Below, piece by piece: positions 27,584 to 39,895 of a stretch of DNA of 64,000 nucleotides. A model generated the notes under the pieces. The model searched no databases and was not told where the DNA came from. It worked only from the letters and a program-made list of their open reading frames with translations. The number at the start of each line of letters is the position of its first letter. The first letter of the stretch is position 1. Source of the stretch: the human T2T-CHM13v2.0 reference genome, Homo sapiens; the NCBI RefSeq assembly GCF_009914755.1, contig NC_060933.1, one strand, 5' to 3'. Both the position numbers and the translations under genes were made by a program.

Positions 27584-28379
27584 AGTTAAGAGCATTTATA
27601 TCAAGCTGGATTGCAGAAAGAGAAGAGACAAGACTTCACTCCTTTTCTGCCCTCAAGGACCCAGAAATCCTGTTTCTAAAGCCCCCCACCAGCTCCAGTG
27701 TGTGCCTGTAAGTAGGGTTCCTACTGGCACTGAATCTTCTGGGACTTGATGTCAACCTGTCCTTATACAGGTATAACTGGAAGGTCCTTTCCTTGCCAGA
27801 GCAGGCTCGTGCTAGAAACTTGGAATACAAAGAAAAGCTTAACGAAAAAAGCTAAAATTATAATCTTACAGGTCAGAGATCATCATGATTAACATTTAGT
27901 GTGTTTCCTTCCCATATATTATATGCACATAAAACATACATTTTAAAATAAAATTGGGGCTATATGCAAATAGTTATGAAACATTTGACTACATCACTAT
28001 GTGGGCTTTTAAAACATAACAATAACACCTAAACACTGTCGTTAAATGGCATTTGCAATCCTTTCTCTGCTCCCTCCGTATGAGACATGCTAGGCTGTTT
28101 CTCCAGGTCTTTGACATCATTTCAAATTTCTGTAATGACACCACAAAATGCAGACAAGGATTTTGGTTTAAACCATCCCAGAAAATGACATTTCTTTCCC
28201 ATTGCATGATGTTTTACATTTATCAAAGCCTTTTTACATATATTAATAAAACCCAACATTTTTACAACATTTTACTAAATTTTCCCACATGCTCATATGA
28301 CAACATCTGTCAAGTGGTAACAATAATCTATCTCGTAAAGCAATTGTGAGGATTAAGTGGAAAAACGGACGTGAATAAT

Positions 28380-28610
28380 GCCAGCTATTTTTGGTTGACT
28401 TTCACTTTGTGCCAGATACTGTGCTGAACATTTTATATCACATACAATCAGATGTAGTCTATGAGGTAGATCCTGTTACTGTCCTGCTTTAAGAGAAGAG
28501 GTTAACTGGGGCATACAAAAATGAAATAACTTACTAACTTGCTTACAGTGACATAGTTAATAATTGATGGGGCCAGAATTTGCATGCAAATTCATCTGAC
28601 TCCAAAACCA
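28380..28610 (-). mobile_element. MIR containing an 18-bp palindrome
   Basis: 'ctttgtgccagatactgtgctga...ctatgaggtag...tctgactccaaa'. Confidence 0.7.
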
Positions 28611-29161
28611 GGGCACCTGGCAACTCCCCCAATTGCTTTGCTGTGCAAGGCTTTTGCAGACAGCAAGCACTAATCGTATTCACCAAACCATGAGTTCTTG
28701 GAGTCTAGAGATTCCCCTATTCCCCCCCACCCTTCTCTATTGGCATATAGTAGCTGCTTAATAAATGTTTGGTGATTCGATGGCTATGGAAATCAATGGA
28801 AGCAAAATAAAGAGACTCTGTGAAAAGTATTAAGAGATGTCCCTCCCTAGAAAAAGACCAGGCAAACCAAAAAAATCCTGAAATAAGAATATTCAAAGTA
28901 ATTTAAATTTAAAAGAAAGAACATCAAACCCTCAGGGAAGAAAAATTTAAGAAAGAAAAAAATAAATCTAAGAAAAGAACCAAAGAGAATATCTGGAAAT
29001 AAACCCAGTAAAGCATGAAAAATAATATATAATTACCAAGGTTTATCCTAGGATTGCAAGGATGGTATAAAATAACCTGATAAAAGATGCCTACCAAAAC
29101 CCACAGCTGACATCACACTCAACAGTAAAACGTAAGAAAGATTTTCTTTAAAATCAGGAAT

Positions 29162-29460
<299 letters not shown>

Positions 29461-30318
29461 ATCAGGAATATGACAAGCATGTCCACACTCCTAATTCCCA
29501 CAATTAGGGAAATGAGACATAAAAAAAGAAATAAAAGGTATAAGGACTAAAAAGGGAATAAAACCATCATTCTTTGCAAACAAAAAATAAGACCATATAA
29601 AATTCAAAACTTCTATTTATCAAAAGGCAAATTACAACAGGGTAAAAGACAAATTATAGCCTAAGAGACCATATGTATAACTCATAAAACCATCAAAGGG
29701 TTTTTATCCAAGGTAAATAGAGCATTTCTACAAATAAGAAATTTCTACAAATTTTCTTAGAGCATTTCTGCTCTAAGAAAACAGAAATGGCAAAGAATAT
29801 GAACAGATAATTCATAGAGAAAGAAATCCAAATGGCCAATAAATCTATGAAAAGGCCATAAACCTCATTAATGATCACAAGAATGCAAATTAAAGCAATA
29901 TGACACCATTTGATATGCCTCAGATTGGCAAACATTTGATAAGTTTCATAACCAGGTGTTGGCAAGAAAGTTGGCAATGGAAATGCTCATATAAACTGGT
30001 GGGAGTGTAGGTTAGTACAATCGCTCTGGGGAGTAATTTCTCAGTATCCATTCTTTTAACAGCTATTTATTGAGTATTTACAAGGCACTGTTCTAGGTGC
30101 AAGGGATAAGGCAGCAAACCGAAGAGATAAAGTCCGATGTGAGAAAAATAACCAGTAAAATAGAAGATGCCTATTTCCACTCTAGGTGTTGACCGCAGAG
30201 GAACTCACACATGTGAATGAGAGACACGTATAAGGACATTGACCACAGCTGTGCTTGTAATAGCAGGGATGAAGAACAACTTGGCTTTTCCTTAGTAACA
30301 GTAACCTAATGAAGAGGG

Positions 30319-30460
30319 ACTGCTGTATAATATTTCCTTTAATAAACCCTAGTATTTGCTTATAATAAAACTGGGGTTTATTGAGGGAAATATTAAATAT
30401 TATAATCCCAGTTTATTTATAATATAACTAGGGTTTATAAAGGAAATATTATACAGCAGT
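30319..30460. repeat. Long imperfect inverted repeat (hairpin/cruciform-capable)
   Basis: Outer arms 30319-30353 and 30427-30460 complementary apart from one indel; inner arms 30360-30375 and 30407-30422. Confidence 0.92.
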
Positions 30461-31471
30461 TAAAGTAAATGTGGATCCAACATAGATCCAAACATCTTAT
30501 TGGATAAATATCAGAAAGATAATGTGAAGCAAAAAGGCTGGTTGCCAAAGGAGATATGGCTTGTATCATTTATATAAAATGATGTCGTATCATTTATACA
30601 AAAAGGGACACATTAAATAGTCACTTTGTTGCCAAACATACCTATGTAGTAAAAGTAAAAGAACATAGTGATTCTCTGGGGGTAGGGGGAGAAGGATGTC
30701 ATAGCAGTAGATGATTTATTTTTTAAAAAAGCACAAGAGTGAGAGATCCAAAGTAGATATGGCAAAACTGTTCATATCTGCAGAATCTTGGTGGGGAGTG
30801 CATACATATTCATTATATTGTTTTCTGAAAGTTTAAAATGTTTCATAATAATTTTTTTGTAATTTTATAAAAGCAAGAACAAAACAAAACTTCAGACCCC
30901 AGCACTGAGATAATCGCTGGTGCTCATCGTACCCCATTTCCTGCACCCAGCCCAGCCTGCAGACAGCAGGTAAGGCACCTCCGCGATGCAGTGACGGCTC
31001 TGAAGAGCCGTCCAGGCTTCAGCTGCTTGTATGCATTCGCTCAGCAAGGAGAGGATGAAGGCAGCAGAAGGCAGAGGGGAGCAGGGAAAGAGGCTGGGGG
31101 AGGGCTGGTGAGGACGAGAGGTTAGTGAATCTCTTGTACTACCTGAAAAGGTGACTGCCGAGAAAGGACAAATGTCTTCCCTCCTCCAGCGTTCTGAGAG
31201 GACTGCCTTGCCTTCCTTCGTTACTGGAACATGACAACCCAGCTCATTCTCAGATATTTCAACAATGGCACAGGTCAAACATTTATCCAGTCTCTCAAGG
31301 CTCAGCTTACAAGCAAAGGGCTTGTAATAGCTGTGTTATATTTTTTGAATCTTGTTTGATTCATAGTCATAAATCCTCTTTTCTAAATTAGGTGAAATTA
31401 TGGGAAGCCTACAGGCTCTTCCCTCACCCTCCATCTCTAAAACTCTCTCTCTCCCTCCCTTGGATTTCTAA

Positions 31472-31791
<320 letters not shown>

Positions 31792-32579
31792 GACTTTCTC
31801 TCTCTTGATTTATCCTCCTCCTTCACTCACCCACACACAATCATCCACCACAGGAGAGGTAAAACACCATTTCTTACTCTACTCCGAAACTCTGTTTCTA
31901 GCTCACTGCATGGTAGAGAGCAGGCTCCATAGGACATTTGCTGATCTCCTCTTTTTCTATTTCATATAAACTGGAAATATAATTTTAATTAGATTACTAA
32001 CTTCTTAAAGCATGCTTCAACTCTAATTAAACAAAGAGGTCTTTATTCACCATCAAACCTAGAAACATTGGCTAAAGGTAGCAGGAAAGCTGGAGGCTCC
32101 TGAGAACTCCAATTAAGGCAGAAGCCGGCTATATTTGGGAGCCAATTAATTTCACAATGTCGAAAACTAACACGTTTAAGATTCTACCGTTCACATCCAT
32201 TTTTCTCCATGAAAACGTTTTAACTGTGTTGTGCCTGTCATCATCTTACCCAGAGTGTCTGTAAAAACTTTCATGTAAGGAAGACCTCAGGATTGCTAGA
32301 TATAACCAAAGGCTTACTCTTTACCTTCTAAAATTGCAGTCAATTTTAAGACACTTTCAAGTCAATCCGCGTTCATCACCAAAGTGAGCCCTGAGTACTG
32401 CAAAATGCCTTTTGCACTGGCTTCTAAATGAAGTGGAGGTGGGAGCTGCTTTCCTCCTCTACCCTCCTCTCTTGGGCTTTCCACTGGTGGACTCACCTTC
32501 CGCTATGACCTCAACTACTATTGACAGGCTGATGGCTATGAAATCAGTGGTGATGGTGACAACAGTGATGACAACAGCC

Positions 32580-33735
32580 GACATTTGCGGAGCATTGACA
32601 CGTGTCTTAAAGTCAACCTGTCTAAAACTGGACTTCTTTTCTTCTCCTGGAATCTATTCTTCCTGTTGCATTTCTCATGTTAATTCATTGTTTCATTGTC
32701 AACCGCATCATTCTTGAGTTTCTCAACTTCTTAGCTCATCAGATCCCACTGATTTCTCCCGCCTGCTGAGTAGAACTAGGAATGATGGTCTCTCTGATCA
32801 ATTCTTTCCCAGCTCCCCTGCCCAGTGCTTTTGTTCAGAGGGCACACTTCTCATCTGCCAACTGGCCCTGCAGCCTTCTAGTTCTCCCTGACCCTGCTCA
32901 TCTTCGGGACTGTCCCCCAGGGATATTTGTGTGGCACGGATCAGTACTCCTCTGTGTTCCCTGCCTCTGCCCAGTCGCTCAGGCCAAAATCCCAAGAGTA
33001 TCCTTGATTCCTCTCTCCCTCTTCTCCCTCATTGTACCCAGCAGGAATCCTGCCACCCCTGCCTCCAAACACTCTGACCCTTCCCTCTTTCTCTTTCCCC
33101 ACTGCTGCAGAGATTGTTCAAGCCATCACCATGCCTCCTGCAGGCCTCAAAATAACCAGGAAGGGCAAGAATAACCTGACCTTCTCCCATGCAGTCCACA
33201 GAGTAGCCAAAAAGCAGCTCATGTCAACTTAACCCTAGAATCAAATCTATACTCTTACTCCAGCCTCTGCCATTCAGCCCCCAGCATCATCTACCATTCC
33301 TGCTCTTGCCCACCAACTCAGCCATGTTACCTTTGTGTCTGGTGAACTTCAAATGCACCAGACTCACCCTGCCTTAGGGCCTCTGTGCCAGCTGTTCCTG
33401 CTGCCTGACAGATTTTCCCTCAGCTCCTTGCATGTCCTCTCTGACACTCAGGTCTCAATTCCAATGTCACCTTCACAGTCAGGCCGCTTCTCTGATCATC
33501 CATTCTCAAATAGTTTCCCAGGCACTAACACATCGTCTTGGCCCTTCACTGTTGACTTATTTGCTCACTTGTGTATTTTATGTCTCCCTCTGTTGAAATG
33601 TAAGCTGTTTGAAAGCGGGGACCTCGCGATGAGCATCTTTCCTCTACTGTAACCCTGTAACCCCAGCTCCTAGAAGAGTGCCCGGTACACAGTGATTGCT
33701 CAATACATGTTTGTAGAGTGTTGAATGAATAAACA
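32580..33735 (+). mobile_element. L2 relic(s)
   Basis: 'tcttaaagtcaacctgtctaaaactggact' and 3' end 'agagtgcccggtacacagtgattgctcaatacatgtttg...tgaatgaat'. Confidence 0.7.
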
Positions 33736-35249
33736 GGGATGTCACTCTAGTTAAAAACACCCTATTTTTCCTACTGCCATGGAATCTAGTCTGATCTCTG
33801 AGCCTGACATTCAGGCTCTCGCAGTCTAGTTCTGACCTGCCAAAATTAACCTCCTGCTACTCCCTCCCTCCTCACGTTTCTAATCTGTCTTATTTTTTTT
33901 TTTTTTTTTTTTTTTGCCTGAATATAGCGAGTGCTTTCACACTTTCCTGCCTTTGCAAATTTGGTTCTCACTGCCTGATGATTTTCCCTTTCTCTGTCTG
34001 ATGAGCTTCTCTCATTCTGCAACAACCAAGCTCCAACATCCCCTCATTCAAGAAGGTGCAACCAAGTGCCCCCAAGCAAGGGAGCTGTTCGCTGTTCCCA
34101 CGCCCTTTCATGCCGGCGTATCAGACTTGGGATGGCGTACAGTAGACCCTTGGCGCTGGCAGTCCTGAAGGTCACGTGGCATGTGAGATGTGAATGAAGA
34201 TAACAATCCTAATCACACGATCGTGAAATGAGATGATGAGTGCAAAACGCCTTGGGTGACCTTGACTCACCCCCATCCGGAGGCAGGTTTGAATTAACAA
34301 GTTACTTAAGTAGTGAGTGAGCACCGCTGACCAATGAATATGTGCATAACAGCAGTCAATTTAAGGATTCCCAAAGGTTTCTGGACATGAGCCTGGTGAC
34401 AGTCAAGGGCCAACTGTATTATAATTACTTATGTATCTTTTTCTCCCTTCTCAGAAACAGGCATGAGTAGCCTGGCTCTTCTTAGGCGTACGGACCGTAA
34501 CAGACACTAAGATAAAGGTTTGTTGCATCAATAACTGAAATAAGATCTATGTGGATGTGTGAGTCCGTGAATGCAGGAAAGACTCACCACTTCCCCCAAA
34601 CACTTACCTCTCCCACTTGTTAATGCCCAAATTATTTTACCGAGGGACAAAACCTTTTATTTTACAATGGAAGATCATTTAGGCCTCAGCAAAATGACAA
34701 ACTGCTACATTTCTCAGATCTTCATGGTTGCTCAAGAATGATCAAAATAGTAAATGTTACACCTGCAGGTGTCTAGAAGCCAGAGCTTGTATCTATTTTG
34801 TTTAAACATCTGTCTCTCCACTCTCCAGTGAGCACCTCAAGAAAAACATGATGTCTCACTGTTCCCATCACTGTCCCCATCATCATACTTACTGGCCTCA
34901 TTGCACTTGTTTTCTTTCTTTGTATACTCATGTGATGCCTACCTACCTCCTTTGAAATCCAGGCTTCGTGGGAATAGACCATGTAGGTTAGCCTTACAGG
35001 TCTATCCCCCTGTGCACCCCACACAGGAGATGCTCAGAAAATGTTTGTTGAATAAGTGAATGAATGATTCTATAAGACTGCCCATTTCTTTCTTCATGTC
35101 TGATCAAAGAAAACTCAATCCTTGTATTATGAATAGCTAACAGTGAGAGAGTCAAAACCCAGATTAATGGACATTTACAAATTCCTGATCAAAAGTGATT
35201 TTATACAATTGCATTTTCCTGGAAGGAAGAACAGACTATGACCAAATTA

Positions 35250-35693
<444 letters not shown>

Positions 35694-35849
35694 TTAAGTG
35701 AATTGACAGTAATGGTGTTTTGTTTAATACATAATATACTTAAGCTATATTTTCAAATTATTTTTATTATTTTCCAGATGCTTTTAAACAAAAATACAAA
35801 TTCCTATGTCATAAAGCGTGGTCCATTGGCAAATGGAAATCAATAAGCA

Positions 35850-36075
35850 AGTGACAGTGAAGAAGCTATTGAAAAGAACAAGGACATAGGCCAGCCCCAG
35901 GTTGAATTCCAGCCTGGCCCACACTGGCTATGTGACTTTAGGCAGTGACTCAGTTCTCTGAGACCAGGCTTCCTCTTCTGGAAAAGCAGTATTTGCAAAA
36001 TCCCGTGAGAAATCGACAAGATAATAACATTTGCAAAGAACCCACACTGCTCTGGGCACCATAAATAGTAACAGT
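35850..36075 (+). mobile_element. MIR
   Basis: 'ggttgaattccagc...ggctatgtgactttaggcagtgactcagttctctgagaccaggcttcctcttctg'. Confidence 0.7.
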
Positions 36076-37836
36076 AATGTGTAACAATAACATTCATCTC
36101 AGAAAAATGTGGCATCAGCAAAGAACTGGAAATGCTTGTTTTCAGGGTTAAAAAAATACCATTAGTGTTTCTTCACTAAATAAACTAGTAATTTTAGTAG
36201 CCCAATCTGGAGGCCTGTGGTTTAACAAGCAACTAATTAGAAACTGGTGCTCCCTAAGCGCTGAGTGACACCTGCTTTTAAAACTGTACCCACAGAGAGG
36301 AGTCGGGTGCAAGGGACAGTTGCTGGCTGTGCTGTCTCCGGAAAATACAGCTTAGGAGCAAATCCCAGATGATCTCTTTTAATAAAATCTTCTCTGAAAA
36401 ATACATGGGTTAATAATATGAACAAAGGAGGTTTGCTGAGGTCCCATCAGTTTAATTCCACCCAGTATCAGATTATTCCTGCCAGGATGGGCTGTGAAAA
36501 TAATGAAAGCAATAATTAAAAGTAAATTATGCAAATGGCAAGGGCAGGAATGGTAGATTGGGAGATTGCTCGGAAGGAAGAGTGATTTGATCTGATCTGT
36601 TCAAGGAGCCGACCACAATGATGCTCTTACCCACCCACTGAGCATGCCTCTGCCATTCCTCCTCTAAAGTGTCCACGAGGTCCTCCTCTCTGCCCACAGG
36701 GCAGATCTAAAGCTCCTTAACCTGGCATTCAAGGTCCTTTATAGTCCAAATCCCTGCCAATCCTTCCAAATTCATTCCCTCTGCTTCCTACACCACCCCT
36801 TCCATCTATACCGAACTACTTACAATTTTCCAAACTCACTCTACATTTAATGATTCCATTCAGGACAGTATTGGAGAGAAAATTTATTTTAAAAGTCAAT
36901 GTCCATGTCCCTTAAAGAAAGTGATCCACAATTTAACAACCATGGATAAATCCTGCCATGGGAACTGAATCTCCCTGTGAAATTTCTGGAAATTACAAAC
37001 ACACTCCACTTCCCTGGAAAGTCACCCTTTCAAAAACTTATCCCTCTAAGTCACAGTCCTGAACATGGAGGTAAGATAGAATCGCCTCCCATCCACCCAT
37101 CCTTCCTTCCATCTTTCGAAAATATAAAAAAAACTCTATGTGCCAGGCCCCATGCCAAATGCCAAGGGCATGAATGCATCCGATGTGGTTCTGAGCCTTG
37201 AAGAGCTCACAGGATGTTTAAACCATAAATCCAGCATTCCTTCTGCTGGGTTCATAACGGGCACTAAATAAGTATTTGTTGAATTAAGACAAACAGGTAA
37301 ACTAATAATGACAATATAATACAGGAACTACTGTGCCAGAGTGGACACACAGAGTGCCCTGGGCCTGGGGGTGAGATGTGCAAAGGCATAGAGGCATCAA
37401 AAAGCGTGGCATGCTTGGGGGTCTCAACAAGCCGACAGGAGCTGGGGAATGAGATAGGGAGAGAATGGTGGGTAGAATCCCAGAATCCTTTGCTCCTGGG
37501 CCCCCTTCCCCTGGCATGACCTCATCAGTTTCCACTTAAGATCCACACAGGCACAAAACACGCACACAGCCCTCTGGTTTTGCCACAGCTCATGGCCGAC
37601 TAGGCAAAGCAGGTGGGGCTTACAGAGGCAGGGGCTTTGACCACGGGAATCATACCTGGGGCCAGCCTTCAAGATTTAGGAAGACGAAAAAGTTCTTGTG
37701 CAAAAAACAGTTACCAGGTTACCACACAGTACAACAGGCTGGGAAGGCTATCCTGTAACCCCTGCTGTGTGCTAAGCCCGCTGACTTATTTTGGAGGTGA
37801 CAGGCATGCTCACTACCCACAAGTGTCCGTCAGGAC

Positions 37837-38020
37837 CAGTGGTCCTCAAACGTGATTTGCATATTTGAATCACTGGGGTTTCAAAGAGTGTTCTTTTAAT
37901 TTTTTTAAAACCATGTTCAGGCTCCACCCCCAGAAATTCTGGTTTAATTGGTCTGAGGTGGAGCCCAGGCAGAGAAGTTCCCTATTGGTTCCAATATGCA
38001 GCTGAGCTTGAGAACCACTG
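37837..38020. mobile_element. MER5 (hAT-Charlie MITE)
   Basis: Terminal inverted repeats cagtggtcctcaa ... ttgagaaccactg; ~185 bp. Confidence 0.85.
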
Positions 38021-38319
38021 TTTCTGGGATTTTCCAGGGTCCCCACTCAGCCTACCCCCATTCATTAGATCACCTGCTTGGCCCTGACAGCACTTGGGAC
38101 CCCTGACCTCTGCCGCCTTCTCTGGTCCTCACTATCCCTCATGGTGTGGTCATGTTTAGCTGAATTTATACATAGAAACTCAGATTAAAGATCCTGTTCC
38201 AGGTAGCCCAGCTCTCAAGCAGAAAAATGGGGACTAAAACCAGGTGTGTCCAGGTCTAACAACCACGTCCTTTCCACAGTGCTACGCTGCTTCCTTGCAG
38301 AGCTGAGCTCAAGCTGTCC

Positions 38320-38475
38320 ATAAATATTCAGGAGTCTTTTGAGCTGGTTGTTAAAAACCACTGATAGCCTGAAATTAGCTGTGGTGGGAATATTTACACC
38401 ATGGAAATAGACAAACACTACCCATCAGGAAGTGTTTTGTTTTGTTTTTTGAAACCAGTTTGCCAGCACACCTCT
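38320..38475. mobile_element. MER63 (hAT-Blackjack) fragment
   Basis: 'tgaaattagctgtggtgggaatatttacaccatggaaatagacaaacacta'. Confidence 0.7.
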
Positions 38476-39199
38476 TAATTCCAAGGCACCAAGAAAAAAG
38501 AAAAAATATCAAATTATGTTCCTTCAATTTCAGGAAGCAGCTGTATCATGCATTTTAGGAAGATTTCAACTCCAAATAGTTAAAATTGAAAGAGCTTTTT
38601 GAGTTTAGAGAGATAAACCTCAAGTGTGCGAAAAATATACACCTGTAATTTTTATCAAGATGCCACATGGGTACAGATGCATTCTGCATGCTGCTATGGG
38701 TTGGGTGCATTTGACTTAAAGTCACTTAGTGTCAGTGAAAAAGGAAAATACAAGTGTAGAACAAGGTCCCTGGAAGTGCTCCCTATCTCAGCCACAGAGA
38801 GCATAATAGAAAATGTTCTCTGAAACAAGCCACCTGGCAGCCCACCTCTGCCTCAGATACCTTGATATGTGGAGTTTCAATATTGGAATGCTGGATGGGA
38901 GCCTCCTATTACAGAATAACAAGAGAGACTAACAGAAGTTACTTACCCCCCAGGATCTCCAGTACCCCCGCGGAGCTCAGCTTTAAGTGGTCCCCACTGA
39001 ACAAAGAACTGTGACATTTCTCTCCCCAGCATGGTTCCTCTAACAGCAGGGCTCGATAGCTACAAAGCCTGGTTATGCTGGTGCCGTGCTTTTGGAGGAT
39101 GGACGGAGATTGTAAATTGAAAAGGAATAAAGAAAACTACCATTTACTGACTGTCTACTCTGCAACTAGGCACTGAGCCAGACACTCTCAGACCTGGCA

Positions 39200-39410
39200 C
39201 TAGAATTGACACTTACTGAATAACTATTACATGTCAAGCCCTATTCCAGGCCCTTAGCTACATTAGCTCATTGCATCCTCTTAATAACCCTGTGAAGTGG
39301 CTCCAATCATCCCTATTTTACAGAGGAGAACATAGAGATGTAGATAGCTGAAAGCATTTCCTAAGTTAACACAACCGGAACATGGCAGGCAGGACCAGAA
39401 CCAAAGCAAT
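39200..39410 (-). mobile_element. MIR
   Basis: 'aataaccctgtgaagtgg...ccctattttacagaggagaa'. Confidence 0.7.
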
Positions 39411-39699
39411 GATCCTGGGGCTGCTCTTCTGAGAAATGGAAATGCTTCTGGCAGACAGGGAATTGTCACTGACTTGAACTCTAGTCTTCGGGTATTCAGT
39501 AGTTACCAGAAAACTAACCATGAACCTCAATATCACAGTGACAGAAAAAATGTTTCTTACATATGTTTCTGTAATTAGCAAATTATAGAAACGATTTGTA
39601 GGTAGCTACTGTTCATCAAGTAATATCTACCACCTCTGGGAACTCTGCCAGTCACTTGATGATGGTGATTACATGCCGCTCTCCAAGCCCTTCCATACG

Positions 39700-39895
39700 C
39701 CCGGCACAGGACTAAACAAGCATTTAACATCGATCCTTGTAATGACTGGATGAGGTAGGTATGGTCCCAGTTTACAGATGCAGAAACTGAAGTTTGAAGA
39801 GCAACTTGCTCAAGGTCACAGAGCCAGGAAGTGGCAGAACCAGGCTGGAGTTCAGGATCTGGGGCCTCAAAAGCTGTGGTCCTAACTCTAGCTGC
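39700..39895 (-). mobile_element. MIR
   Basis: 'cccagtttacagatgcagaaactgaagtttgaagagcaacttgctcaaggtcacag'. Confidence 0.8.
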
